A DNA stretch of 59,278 nucleotides, the filler included, from Asterionella formosa (lineage: Eukaryota), in the NCBI GenBank assembly GCA_002256025.1. It is 6 parts of 6 records of this genome, joined end to end, with 100 filler letters (N's around TTAATTAATTAA, not from the genome) between each part and the next. Parts side by side here need not be neighbours in the genome. Positions count along the whole stretch, not along the records: positions 9,910 to 19,720 come from NKIB01010194.1; positions 19,821 to 29,620 come from NKIB01010195.1; 4 more parts are not named here. The stretch is one strand, 5' to 3'. A program made the translations under genes and the position numbers. Below, piece by piece: positions 13,128 through 25,947 of the stretch; the stretch's first letter is position 1; each line of letters starts with the position of its first letter. A model generated the notes under the pieces. The model saw only the letters and a program-made list of their open reading frames with translations, searched no databases and was not told the DNA's origin.

Positions 13128-13220
13128 TACTGTAAACCTCTTAATATCTCCACGTACTTTTCGGGTTTTGTGGAGCACGCTTAAATTAGTGATGTAATAA
13201 AACCGGTTGTGGAGATATTG
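13128..13220 (+). mobile_element. Putative terminus of a TA-targeting (pogo/Tc1-type) DNA transposon inserted into the Copia integrase
   Basis: TA|CTGTAAACCTCTTAATATCTCCAC starts exactly where the Copia integrase frame stops; internal inverted pair AATATCTCCAC / GTGGAGATATT. The partner TIR was not found. Confidence 0.5.
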
Positions 13221-13639
13221 TGAAACCCTAACCCTAATCCGCCCAAATTTGGGGATAGGGATAGGTTTTATGACGTCATCGGACACGAAAATAAATGGCA
13301 AAAGACACCATCCATATAAAAATTTAGTATAAATACTGGTACACATGTTATACATACATGATACCATGTAAAATATTTGACAGTGGTGACCACTAGGAGT
13401 AATGCAATGTAGTTAATGAGTGAGCCAGCCATGTGAATGAGTGAGAGCATCCCAAGAACCTTGTTCCCATGGTTATAAAAAGTACGAAATCAAGGAAGAT
13501 TTGTTATACATTAATTTCAATCTCAAGTGGCTAATATTTGTGGTATATTGATAAACAAAGTTATATGAAAATCAGTGGTGGGACACAATCATTGGCAAAA
13601 TTGTGTTGCTTTGATATAAAATGGTGTGGTGACATCAAA

Positions 13640-15348
13640 GCTATAGAATATTGTGCTAATTGCATGAATGATATAGCTATTGATAGTAACTTATTGTATA
13701 CTATCTTCCAGTGACTTGCATAGTGATAGTAACTTATTGTACAATATCTTCCAGTAAATTGAATCATTCCACATCATACATCATTGGATGCATATCGATA
13801 CTAGGATACTACAGAAGAGTCAATAGCAAGGATTAGGTGGCTGTGCGGCATTGATATAGAACTGTATACCGACACACCTAATCATGAACATGGTACTTTT
13901 TGCATGAATGATAAATTGAAAGCATCTTACTCTATATTATGTGCCAGTGAATTGAGACGTTCAACATAATGCGTTGCTTGAATATTGATGGAGTTATAGG
14001 GGAATCAGTATAGGGAAACCATCGTAACAACAACCAAATGGTGTGGTTTTGTTATGAAATGATATCATGCATACTGAAATCATCTGGAAGTCGATCCTTT
14101 CTTGTTGTATGATTGACATATTGATAGTCCCTTATTCCATACTATGAGCCAACAATAAATTGAGACGTTCAACATGGTGTGTTGATTGAATATTGATGAA
14201 GTTATTGGGGAATCAGTATTGGGAAACCATCATTACCAAATTGTGTGGTTTTGCTATCAAATGATATAGTGACATCATCTGGAGAATGTTCCATGTTGTA
14301 TGAATGATATATTGATAGTACCTTATTCCATACTATGAGCCAATAAATTAAGACGTTCAACATGGTGTGTTGATTGATTAATTATGAATTTATTGGGCAA
14401 TCAGCCAGTATTGGGAAACCATCATTTCTACCAAATTGTGTGGTTTTGTTATGAAATGACAGAGTAACCTCATCTGGAGGATGTTTCTTGTTATATGAAT
14501 GATATATTGATAGTAACTTATTCTAGACTATACACCAGTGTATAGAGACGCTCAACATGATGAGTTGGTTGATTATTCATGAAGTTATAGGGTAATGAGT
14601 ATTGGGAAACAATCATTGCCAAATGCTGCCGTGGTCTTGTAAAAGATATAGTGACTCATCTGGACGACGGTTCATCTTGAATGATTGATATATTGATATC
14701 ACCTTACTCTATACTTTACGCCAGTGAATTGAGACTTGCAACATGATGCGTTGGTTGAATATTGATGGAGTTATGAGGGAATCAGTAATGGAAAACCAAC
14801 ATTCCCAAATGGTGTGGTTTTCGTATGAAATGGTATGATGCCCTCATGTACTTGTTGCAGGAATGATGTATTCATATTAGCTACCTTATTCTATATTGTA
14901 TACCAGTGAATTTTTTGTTCAGCATTTTGCATTGGTTGAATATTGATGGAGTTAGGAGGGGGGAATCAGTAGATGGAGTTAGGAGGGGGGAATCAGTAAT
15001 TGAAAACCAACATTCCCAAATGGTGTGGTTTGATATGAAGCGGTATGATGCCCTCAGCTGGAGGACTGTACTTGTTGCAGGAATGATGTATTCATATTAG
15101 CTACCTTATTCTATATTGGTGTATACCAGTGAACTATGGTATTCAACATTTTGTATTGGTTGAATATTGATGGAGCTAGAGGGGAGCAAATCAGTAATGA
15201 TTGAACAGTAATGATTGAAAACCAACATTCCCAAATGGTGTGGTTTTGATATGAAGTGGTGTGATGCCCTCATCTAGAGGACTGTACTTGTTGCAGGAAT
15301 GATGTATTCATATTAGCTACCTTATTCTGCTATATTGTATACCAGTGA
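13640..15348. repeat. Degenerate tandem array, ~180-220 bp unit, about 8 copies
   Basis: The block AATATTGATGGAG...GGAAACC...CCAAATGGTGTGGTTTT...TACCTTATTC recurs near 13981, 14189, 14378, 14571, 14758, 14939 and 15163. Confidence 0.9.
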
Positions 15349-17299
15349 AGGAAGCAAGATGTTTTTCAAAACTGTTCAAGTTGGCTGACCAAGGATCCTG
15401 CCCACATGTTGCAAATGCAGCTGCAATCCATCTCCTGGGCTTATTTCCTAGGTTTATTTCATCAAAGGCAGTCTCAATCATTCCAACCAGATCTTCCCTT
15501 GGTACTGTGAGAGCACAATCTACCAGCTCTCTGGCAGTTTTATCAGCTATGGCTTTTTGCCTGAAATCATAAAACAGCTTCTTGATTGCAGCCTTGAGAG
15601 GTTTATTCAAAGCAATATCACACACCTGATGAATTGATGTCATGCCTTCTAAGATGTAAACAAGGAAGACTTTACCTGGTACAGGTGATGAATGGTTTGT
15701 CTCCAGCCAATCTGTAATAATTTTTCCAAAATGAGTTTTGGATCGATCTACAAAAAGCAAAGACCTTTGACAAGTTGTGAAGAAAGAAGACTAGCTGTGA
15801 CTGCCAGTGTGACTCCCTTTTTGTCATTTTCAACTGGAACCAAGGTCCCTACTTGTTTTGTTCCTTTTGGCACAAGGACCTTGTCCTTACCAGGGTAGAA
15901 AAGAATGAAAGTCTCATCCATGTTGAAAACATTATCCACTTGGAGCTCAATGGCAGTTTTGCAAATAAGTAGTGACTGTCTCCGGGCAATATCAGCCCAT
16001 TTAACAGGAACCTTTTGTGAAATTGTATTTACACGCTCAGAAAACTGAGACCTTGAAATAACTCTTCTAGTCCATGTACAAAGACTGACAGGATCTTTTA
16101 ATAACTTATGAAAATCTTCAGAGTAGTTCTGTCGACCAAACCGATGTCGCAGTGAAACAATTACTTCTTCAAATGAAGCAGCATCGCCACGCTCAAATCT
16201 GGAGGAGATCATGCATGTTGGTGACATGAATCTGCTGGACAAGATATTTTATTGGAGGTCCAAGGGTGGATCCCTTTGTAGCATGTGGAATGCGGCAATT
16301 AGCGGATCCGATATATAATGCATTGTTGTTTTTCTTTGCTTGTGATGCTGCCAATTGGGGAGAAATATTTGCATTTCGGAATACAAGTTGCTTCTGGCCT
16401 CCACTTCTTTTTAGTTGTTACACTATTAACAAATACTTTTTCAAATGTTTTGATTTGATCAAATCTTGTCTCCTGGTTTTACTATGCATGACAAACAAAT
16501 ATTGCTTTCTCAATGGAACAATTTTCATTATACCTTCTGGGGTTGCGGACTTGGCAATTGAAATCCATTTGTAAATGTTCTCCTTTCGTAACCAGCTCCT
16601 CAGAGTTTCTGGTCTTACCATGGACCCAAAAACTTCATCAAACATCTTGAAAAGAGAGGTTCCCTAAATCTTGATGTAGATAAAAAGAGATCATCAGTGA
16701 CCGACAGACCCATGTCATTTCCTTTTTCCCAGTAGGAGATACAGTTGCAGTGCCAAGAACAATAGAAACACTTGAAAAACTGAAACTGAATCTTATCAAT
16801 ATGATCATCAAGATTTTTCTCAATAATTGCACTTTTGACACATCTATTTGCATGATTATTCAATTCAATTTCATGATGCAAGTGCTGGTCCAAACGGGCA
16901 GCATTATGTGCAGCAGCAGCTTCAGTATTGACATTGAGCATGGTACGCACGCCATTGTAAGATAGTTGCCATGCTTTTCTCATGTTCCCCCCTCTTTATT
17001 GCAGATAATGGCTGGGGAAGTTTCTGCTCTGGCTCTGGAGATAAATTTGCTTTGAAAGTTTGTGTCTTATTCGAAATTCCCTACCTTTTTGCAGATTGTG
17101 AAACAGGCTTGGTAAACCAATTGAGTAGTGATGGTTGTTTTGAAATTTTTTTGCCATAAGGTGTCTTTGATTCCAGGATGTTGTTCATTCCTTCAACATT
17201 TGTAATTTGTTGTTTAAGGATGGAGTCATGATTTGCTGTAATAGAATGCTGGTAGACTCCACTCTGACCTTTCAGAAGAATCCCTGTGGTGGGCATCAA
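15317..17299 (-). pseudogene. pogo/Tigger-family DDD transposase, fragmented
   Basis: HTH-like VRPETLRSWLRK; catalytic motifs FNMDET, LFVD..H and GMTSIHQVCDIALNKPLK (DDE_1-type); spread over five ORF fragments. Confidence 0.8.
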
Positions 17300-17839
17300 G
17301 TATCAAAAATGATTGGCTCAATGTGGCTGGCTTGATGGGATTGGAGACAAGGGTAATCCGAAGCGATGGTGGTAGACATGCACAGCTGGAGAGTCACTTG
17401 GTAGATGGAAGCAGGTACGGCTACTCAAGAAACTAGAAGAATTGAATTACTCTATTGACTTGCTGCTATTAGTGAAGGATATTACATTTAGTCCAAGCAT
17501 AAAAGAAATCATCACATGTGCATGATTTGATAAGAAGACTCCATCCTTACTCATAGATTCCATGTTGGATTCATAGGTAGAATGGAAATCATATTGACTC
17601 TTTAAAAGGAGTGTCCATGTATTCTCACTAAGCTCACGACCTTCCCCCAATGAAAATTTGACATATTTTGCTTGATCTAAAAATACCTGCCAAAATATTG
17701 ATGAAAGGAGATAGCTCCATGGCAGAAAAGTTGCAATTTCCGTTGCCTTAGACATCAATTGGCTTATATAAAATCCCTCCTTGAAGAAGAAAAGAAAATT
17801 CTTTCCATTGATTGCACATATTCATGATGGGAATGTTGG

Positions 17840-18571
17840 TTGACTCCTGATGATGGGAGTATGCAGCGCCAGCCAGGGATATAGATGGGAAGATGATTGG
17901 ATCAGTAATGGAAATGCAACGCAGAAGAAATGACAAATGTGAAATCCTGACAATGAAAGTGAAGCAACAGTGAGGTAACTGGGATGATGTAGGGAACTAT
18001 GACGGGAATGCAATAGGTAGGATGGTGGTTAAGTGATGATGAGAGAGTCACTGGAAATGATGGGAAAGCAGCAGAAATGAAGCTGGGATGACTGCTGGCT
18101 GGAGCAATGATGAGAATGCAACAGGAATGACGATGAAGGTCAAGTTATGATGAGGGAGTCACCGGAAATGATGGTAAAGCCAAAGCAGGAGAATGAGGCT
18201 GGGATGGGTACTTGAGCAATGATGGGAATGCAACAGAAATGATGAAGGGTAAGCTATGATGAGAGAGTCGCCAGAAATGATGGTAAAGCAGCAGAAATGA
18301 GGCTGGGATGACAATTGGAGCAATGATGGGAATGCAATAGGTAGGATGGCGGTGAAGTGGTGATGATGAGAGAGTCGCCGGAAATAATGGGAAAGCAGCA
18401 AAAATGAAGCTGGGATGGTTATTGGAGCAATTATGGGAATGAAACAGGAAGGATGGTTAGGAAGTGATGATGAGAGAGTCGCCGGAAATGATGGGAAAGC
18501 AGCAAAAATGAAGCTGGGATGATGGGTATTGGAGGAATTATGGGAATGGAACAGGAAGGATGAAGGTCAAG

Positions 18572-18619
<48 letters not shown>

Positions 18620-18780
18620 GTGAGTAGCCGGAAATGCTGGGAAAGCAGCAGGGATGATTATTGAGTGGTTTGAGCAATGATCAGTAAAAAGCAATAAGGC
18701 TTGCTCCTTGAGTGTTGACAGGAGAGGCAGGTGCAGTGATGATGGGAAAGCATTCGGAATGTAACTGGCAGTGGAATGAT
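17840..18780. repeat. Degenerate tandem array, ~107 bp unit, about 7-8 copies
   Basis: GGGAATGCAA-type anchors at 18004, 18112, 18224, 18328, 18435 and 18542, with shared GAGAGTCGCCGGAAATGATGGGAAAGCAGC. Confidence 0.9.
18572..18619. repeat. (TGA)16 microsatellite
   Basis: Read directly; it is an expansion of the GATGATGA segment present in the other array units. Confidence 0.95.
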
Positions 18781-19083
18781 GGATGATGTGTTGAAGATAG
18801 TGAAAAAGGACTGGCAAGATAGAGCAGTATGGTTGAAAGTATGTAGTGCCAGTATTGCTTGTGCAATTTGGAGAAAATGAGTGAGCAAAATCAGCGAGCC
18901 TTGATATTACACTGGTATGTACTCCTATGCTGTATTAGGTATACCGGTATCTACATGTACCCCGATCTAACAACAATACACCGGTACCTGTGTTTACAAT
19001 TTTTTGTACCGGCTACATATACTGGTAAATACCACCAGAGTGCGCTATACCTGAACGTGACAGGTGCAGGGTACCTGGTACCT

Positions 19084-19720
19084 TGTGAAGTATCTAACTA
19101 GAAGTAGTAGTATTTGTTGAATATATGAGCTTATTTGTTAATCCTTGTGTGTAACTCGTTCTCCAAGTCGACACCAAAGTATACAATGAGGGTTAGTCGA
19201 GTCGAGTTCTCTCATTATTGAGTTCTGATACATATATGATATAACACTAACCCTATATACATCTGTATTGATGCGCAAGATCGCTCACTCTCCCACACCA
19301 AGGGAAAACCTTTTACCTTTGAAAAGGTTTGATGTAATGGATATTAATTCGTTCCGTTGTATGCATAGTTTGTTGAAAAGTAACTGTACCATAGGATTCG
19401 ATAGTGATGTAGGAATAACAATACGTCAAGTATCTCCTGGATTCTTTACAAAATACATGAAATGTATATGATGAAAATTGATAGAGGGAAAATTTAACAG
19501 ATGTGTTTGGTTTGTTGATTGAGAATGAGATGAGTTGTTTGATTGAGAATCAATTGTATATCCAGCAATTGTCTATCATGTATGGAGTAATATTCCAGAG
19601 GATATTGAATATTGTCTGCCAAAATTGGATGATTGAGGGAACAGGTAAACAAAGGTTCATCATCTACTTCAATTGAGAAAGTAGAAATGGATGTTGATGC
19701 TGAAGATTTCGGTCCAAGAT
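19084..19720 (-). mobile_element. Ty3/Gypsy 3' end: LTR 19084-19287, PPT-like GGGAGAG, internally deleted integrase end
   Basis: 204-bp TG...CA LTR nearly identical to 58521-58719. The minus-strand ORF ends GTVTFQQTMHTTERINIHYIKPFQR*, a Gypsy integrase C-terminus. Confidence 0.8.
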
Positions 19721-19820
19721 NNNNNNNNNNNNNNNNNNNNNNNNNNNNNNNNNNNNNNNNNNNNTTAATTAATTAANNNNNNNNNNNNNNNNNNNNNNNN
19801 NNNNNNNNNNNNNNNNNNNN
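19721..19820. other. Artificial contig linker
   Basis: N44-TTAATTAATTAA-N44. Confidence 0.98.
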
Positions 19821-20559
19821 ATGCTAGCTCTTTCTAGACAAGCTCAGTGTGCTAAGACCTTTTGTTCTAGTCCCACGTTATTGCAAGCTTATTTGATCTA
19901 TATTATAATTGTTCATTTGACCAATTACTAAGGTTCTCTTCCCAAATTTGTATATTGATATTCATTGTTCAGTTAGACATTCAACTCTCAACTGACAACT
20001 CAACTCCACTTACTTAGTAGAACAATTGCGAATATTCGATGCTATCTGAATTGCATATATACCTTTCCTTCAGTGAAATATTGATTGCTTAGAACATTCT
20101 CCATTCGCATATTTATCATGGTTTCCTGATATAGTTCTTGGCAATCAATGCTGTTCAAATTCTCACAACAATTCAATACAGGATTTTGGCTGGAATGTTA
20201 TTCAAGATTTTTAGTTTGACTGAACTAATTTACATGCAGTACTAAATCTCAACATTATATTAGGCAAACATTTCAAGAACCGATATGATAGCACCAGTTC
20301 CACTCATTTACACTATTAGAGTCCATGTCCACAATTTGTTCCCATAGCACATTGTTATTGTCCTAAACAATGATGGATGAAGTAGACCTGATCAGTACAA
20401 TGTGTACAAGGTGCTGTCTTGAATAGTGTGCTAACCAACTGTAGACTATTATTGACTACTAGCTACCGGAGTACCACGCAGTAAAATTCGTTGAAACTGG
20501 ACGTTTCTAAATATCTGATACTTTCCGTATGTTCCAAAACAACAAGCCATGTGCGCTCA

Positions 20560-20880
20560 TCATGCCGAAATAAACGAACAAATGTATTGACAGGGTTCGC
20601 CATCGGCAACAGTAATGGTAAAGCCACTGTTGGCTCCCACTGAAAAGGAAGATCCCTCTGCCACAGAGATGACCTCGGTTGTTCCATCCAAGACATATGA
20701 ACAAGATCCCGCAGTAATTTCCATAAGCTCCGCCAACTCTGTTCCAAAGTGATATTCGCCAGGGAGAATGACCCCAAAGGACTTTTTTTCTCCCGTGGGA
20801 AGGAGAATCACATGAGAAATCACTTTCCCATTGAAATAAACATTTCCCTTGGCAAGAGCAGTCACGTTTTCAAATTGCAT
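20560..20880 (-). CDS. ppnP: Pyrimidine/purine nucleoside phosphorylase PpnP (YaiE/DUF1255, cupin fold), intronless
   Basis: 106 aa with the family signature NVYFNGKV.S, GEKKSFGVILPGEYHFGT..AELMEITAG, F.V.ANS.F, Y.C.F. Confidence 0.88.
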   Translation of the reverse strand: MQFENVTALAKGNVYFNGKVISHVILLPTGEKKSFGVILPGEYHFGTELAELMEITAGSCSYVLDGTTEVISVAEGSSFSVGANSGFTITVADGEPCQYICSFISA

Positions 20881-21532
20881 GATGGAGGTTTATATGGATG
20901 GGGGAATGACGGTAGTGGTGTTTGATGACAAGGATATGAAAAGATTGTGACGCTGAATGAATATGTAGGATAAAATCACACATACCGGTAGCGGAAAGAT
21001 AGGATGGATGCGGCATCGTCTCAGTGAACCTGGTACCTGGTAGTAGAAGTATACACTGGTAACTGATGTTGCATCCATCTTGAGTAAGTTGGCGGTATTC
21101 CACTACCGGTATTCAGGGATACATGGTACTGAGTACCAGGTACCCTTGTACCAGGTACCAGCAAGTTGCGGACATGTTGCTTAAATAAATAATTTAATTT
21201 TCAGGATAAAGTAAGCTAAATAAAGCGTTATGTAGGTTCTGGAAAATCAAAGCAACTTGCACAGGTACCAGGTGCCGGTATGGTACCTGAAAAGCTTTTT
21301 TGTGGTCGTCCTACTTGTAATTCAGTAGGAGCTGGAAATAAACACAACAAATATACATTTCAAAAACAGCAATGGGCTATATTTGCTAAATATTGTTATG
21401 ATCATCATCATTCATCCGCTATTGTTCACCTTCGAATTCCATACTCCCAATCAAGCAATCTAAGAAACTAACGAACGAGCAACGAAACGATCGAACAAAC
21501 GAACAACGAAACGATCGATCCATCACAAAAGC

Positions 21533-24500
21533 ATGGGAAAAACAGAAAAGAAACCACTAACGGCGGTCGAAAAACTACAGGCTCTGAATTTAGTCTCTCG
21601 AGTGACAGCCATTTTATCAGAAACGTTGGGACTTAAGGATAAAACGGTATCTGAATTTGTTATTTCCTTGGCAGAAACTGAATTGCGTGCCGCTATCAAG
21701 CAAGGTACGATAGCAACAGCGAATGCTATGCCATCGTTGGAGGTGGCACAATCGCTTCGAACCAAATTGATGGACTTGGGAGTGACGACTGACATGCCAT
21801 TGTCGTCCATTCAGCATATTTTACAACTGGTGACGGAATCCAGCCCGAAAATAGCAAGATCGATAGACACCTTGAAGATGAAGCAGCAAGCATTAAAAGC
21901 TCAGGGTACTTCCGGTAGTACATCATCATTAAGGATGGCTGAATCAGAACTTGCTAAATCGTTTCCTGGGTTGGCTGCTCCGAATTTAGAGCACTCGGTG
22001 GCTTTGGAAGATGGATTCTATGAACATTCAAAAAATGAACTGGAACAGCAAAAGATTGGGGAATCCAGCCAACGTAGGGGTATTTCGAATGTGCCGGCAT
22101 GGATGACCAACAAGGATACACAAGGTACGACGACTACCAACAACAAACGACCTAGGGACTCGGAACCCATGTTGCATGAAATTTATAGGGGGAAAATCAG
22201 CAAAATATTAGAGTTTGGTATCATTGTGGACTTGCCAGAATTTGAAAAAGATGGAGTGGTGTACAATGCGGCCATTTCGAAGCAACGTATAACCCATGCG
22301 TCGGATGCTGGCTTCAAAAGAGGAAACGATGTGTGGGTCAAAGTCATATCCATGAGAAATGGGAAAATATTACTAAGTATCAAAGATGCAGACCAAGAGA
22401 GCGGGAAGGATTTAATGCCTTACCGTTCGGTGGCTCGAGCCGATATCGGGAATGAGTCATCGTCGAAACCTACGACAGCCATTATTCATCCTGGACTTGA
22501 TGTTGCAGCCTTGAAGAAACGAGAAGACGACGAACAAGTTCGCACATCTCAGCTTCAAAGCGGAAATCACTATGGTCCGCAACGGGGAGATCCAGCATCA
22601 AGGAACGATGCCGGACCCACAGTCAGGCGTACGAAGCAATTGACAGAGCAAGAGCTATTTGAAGCACAGCAGCTCATTCGCTCTGGAGTGTTACCAGTTG
22701 AACAATATCCAACATTTGACTCGGAAGGTGGCTTGGGGATGCTAGCTGTTGAGCAGACGGAGGAAGAAACCGACGTTGAACTTGCGGAAGTGGAACCAGC
22801 ATTTTTGAAAGGACAGACTAGGCGAAGTGGGCGTGATTTGGAGCCCATCAAGATCGTCAAGAACCCAGACGGTTCCATGCAACGTGCAGCAATGCAGCAA
22901 GCAGCTTTGTCCAAGGAAAGAAGAGAGCTACGGCAAGCTCAAACAAATCAGCTTATTGACTCAATTCCCAAGGACTTGAATCGACCATGGGAAGATCCTC
23001 TCCCAGAAGCTGGCGAACGTCATTTCGCTCAAGAATTAAGAAGTATCAATATGAGTTCCTTCGAAGGGGCACCCGAATGGAAACAAAAGGCAGAAAGCAA
23101 GACCCTTTCCTATGGAATTATTTCCAATAAGAGCATCACGGAGCAAAGAAAGACTTTGCCGATTGCCAAGTTAAAGAATGAGCTAATGGGAGCCATTGTT
23201 AATAATCAAGTATTAGTCGTCATTGGTGAAACAGGTTCTGGCAAGGTGAGAAAAACTTTGTTGCAATGGCATCGTTTCCATTGAATATTGTTAGCAAAAT
23301 ACTAACAAATCCTTGTTGTTACTTTGCTTCAGACTACACAAATGACACAATATATGGCTGAACTTGGGTTTGCAAAGACGGGAATGATTGGATGTACACA
23401 ACCAAGACGTGTCGCTGCAGTGAGTGTAGCGAAACGCGTCTCAGAAGAGTATGGTTGTGCTCTAGGAGAGCAAGTTGGTTATTCTATTCGTTTTGAAGAT
23501 GTCACGTCCAAAGAGACTATTATAAAATACATGACCGATGGTATGCTGATGAGGGAATATCTTGCTGACAATGACTTGAATCGATATTCAGCATTGATGT
23601 TGGACGAAGGTGAGTGAATACTGCAATAAGATACAACAAGCTTTATGATTACAGCGACTGGCGACATGATACTCACAAAAGCCTCTCGATACAATATTGA
23701 TTTGTAAGCCCACGAACGGACTATTCACACTGATGTTTTATTTGGACTGTTAAAAGATTTATGTCGTCGTCGCCCAAGTTTGAAGATTATTGTGACAAGT
23801 GCCACTTTGGACGCAGAGAAGTTCTCGACCTACTTTTTTAAGTGTCCGATCTTCACAATTCCAGGAAGGACCTTTCCTGTCGAAATCTTGTACACAAAAG
23901 AACCTGAAAGTGACTATCTCGATGCCGCCATGATTACTGTAATGCAAATCCATCTCTCTGAGCCTGCAGGGGATATTCTTGTCTTCTTGACAGGACAAGA
24001 AGAGATTGACACTTGCTGTGAAACTTTGTTCACCCGTATGCAAGCGTTGGGGGATCTCGCTCCAGAGCTCATTGTTCTGCCAGTATATTCGTCCCTGCCT
24101 TCCGAAATGCAATCCCGAATCTTTGAGCCTGCTCCGCTTGGCGCCCGAAAGTGTGTGGTTGCTACTAACATTGCTGAAGCGTCACTTACTATAGATGGAG
24201 TGTTCTATGTTATTGACCCTGGTATGGCAAAGGTAAAGGCTTTCAACCCAAAGCTAGGTATGGATTCCCTGATTGTCACGCCAATTTCTCAAGCTTCGGC
24301 GAGACAACGCGCAGGTCGTGCAGGTAGAACCGGACCAGGAAAATGCTACCGACTCTATACGGAACAAGCATACAAGATGGAAATGCTTCCAACCAATATT
24401 CCTGAAATTCAGCGAACAAATCTGGGCAACGTTGTACTTCAAATGAAAGCAATGGGAATCAACGACTTGATTGGTTTTGATTTTATGGATCCTCCCCCAG

Positions 24501-25306
24501 TAGCTACGTTGGTTGGAGCCATGGAGTCATTGTATGCGCTTGGTGCCCTTGATGACGAGGGATTGCTGACCAGATTAGGCAGAAAGATGGCAGAATTTCC
24601 GTTGGAGCCTAACTTATCAAAAATGTTAATTCTTTCCGTTGATCTTGGATGCTCAGACGAAATTCTCACTATAACATCAATGCTCAGTGTTGAAAACCCA
24701 TTCTACCGTCCCCGCGACAAGCAAGCTCAAGCTGACATGAGGAAAGCAAAGTTTCACCAAGCAGAAGGTGATCACCTAACGCTACTAACCGTCTACAAAG
24801 GTTGGGAAGCTGCCAAATTCTCCAATCCTTGGTGTTTTGAGAACTTTGTACAAGCGCGGAGTATGCGACGAGCCCAAGACGTGAGGAAGCAATTAGTTAC
24901 TATCATGGACAGATATAAACTTGACTTGACAAGTGCTGGGAAAAACTACAAGATAATTTGCAAAGCAATTGTTGCTGGTTTCTTCACCAATGCTGCAAAG
25001 AAGGATCCGCAAGAGGGATATCGTACCCTTGTTGATCAAAATCCGGTCTACATTCATCCTTCTTCGGCTGTCTTCAACAAAAATCCCGAATTCGTAATCT
25101 ACCATGAATTGGTTCTCACTTCGAAGGAGTACATGCGAAATATTTTAGTGATTGATGCAAAGTGGTTGATCGAGCTCGCCCCCGCTTTTTACAAATCTGC
25201 CGATCCAAACAAAATTTCCAGGGCTAAGCGCAAAGAGAAAATTGAGCCCCTCTTTGACCGATTCAATCCCAAGGATTCTTGGCGGCTCTCCAGGCGAAAG
25301 GGCTAG
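21533..25306 (+). CDS. PRP22: Spliceosomal DEAH-box helicase PRP22/DHX8; exons 21533-23245, 23333-23609, 23709-25306
   Basis: S1 domain; [41 protein letters not shown] and QRAGRAGR motifs; GT-AG introns of 87 and 99 bp, the first with a TACTAAC branch point. Confidence 0.96.
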
Positions 25307-25947
25307 TAATTTTCTCACATGACTCAAATAGATGCCTATGGGTGAGTAGTACATAAATAGCCGCCAGAAGGAGCTGCAAATCGCCAGAAAGAGCTCCGTG
25401 AGTGGTATGAAAAGCACTCCGATGTCTTGTGTCTGCTGTAGTGTCATGAAACAGAGTTCATGTCGTGCGAAATAATGGAAGGACAGGTAGTGATTTGTGC
25501 ACGTGTGAGAAAACTTAAAATCATCATTAACAAAAATATTGTTAATTTAATAACATGATGTTGTTGGCTTAGCCTGTGTCGGCAATTATTATGCACCATA
25601 GTTACAGCATATTTACAGATACCGGTAGTCAGCTCATAGTGCAACTTGGATTAATGTGTCGGACTGGATGGTCAAATATTATACCCTGTTAGGAGCACGA
25701 ACACTCTCCTCTGCATAGGGGGGAAGTCCAAATATACAAAAAGTGAAGTGAACCCTTTGCTCTCGCACGCTTCGTGAATCGACGATTGGAGTGATGTAAT
25801 GAGTTTCCCCAATTAGTATCTGACCATGATGGTCTTCAAACATTAATTTGAAACGTCAACCATTCAATAGGGCTCCTGATTCTCCATCACTAGAATCTAT
25901 TGACGTTAGCTACCGATGGAATGAAAACTGACACCATTGATTATACG

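Noticed and set aside
13223..13238. Telomere-like CCCTAACCCTAA
   Set aside because: Only two units, internal to a transposon end.
13640..18780. CRISPR-like array next to a nuclease/transposase
   Set aside because: Units are long, diverge along their whole length and have no unique spacers; no cas or TnpB/Fanzor (RuvC + zinc finger) motifs were seen.
18159..18888. Poly-Ser/His-rich minus-strand ORFs
   Set aside because: By-products of the 107-bp array and the (TGA)16 microsatellite.
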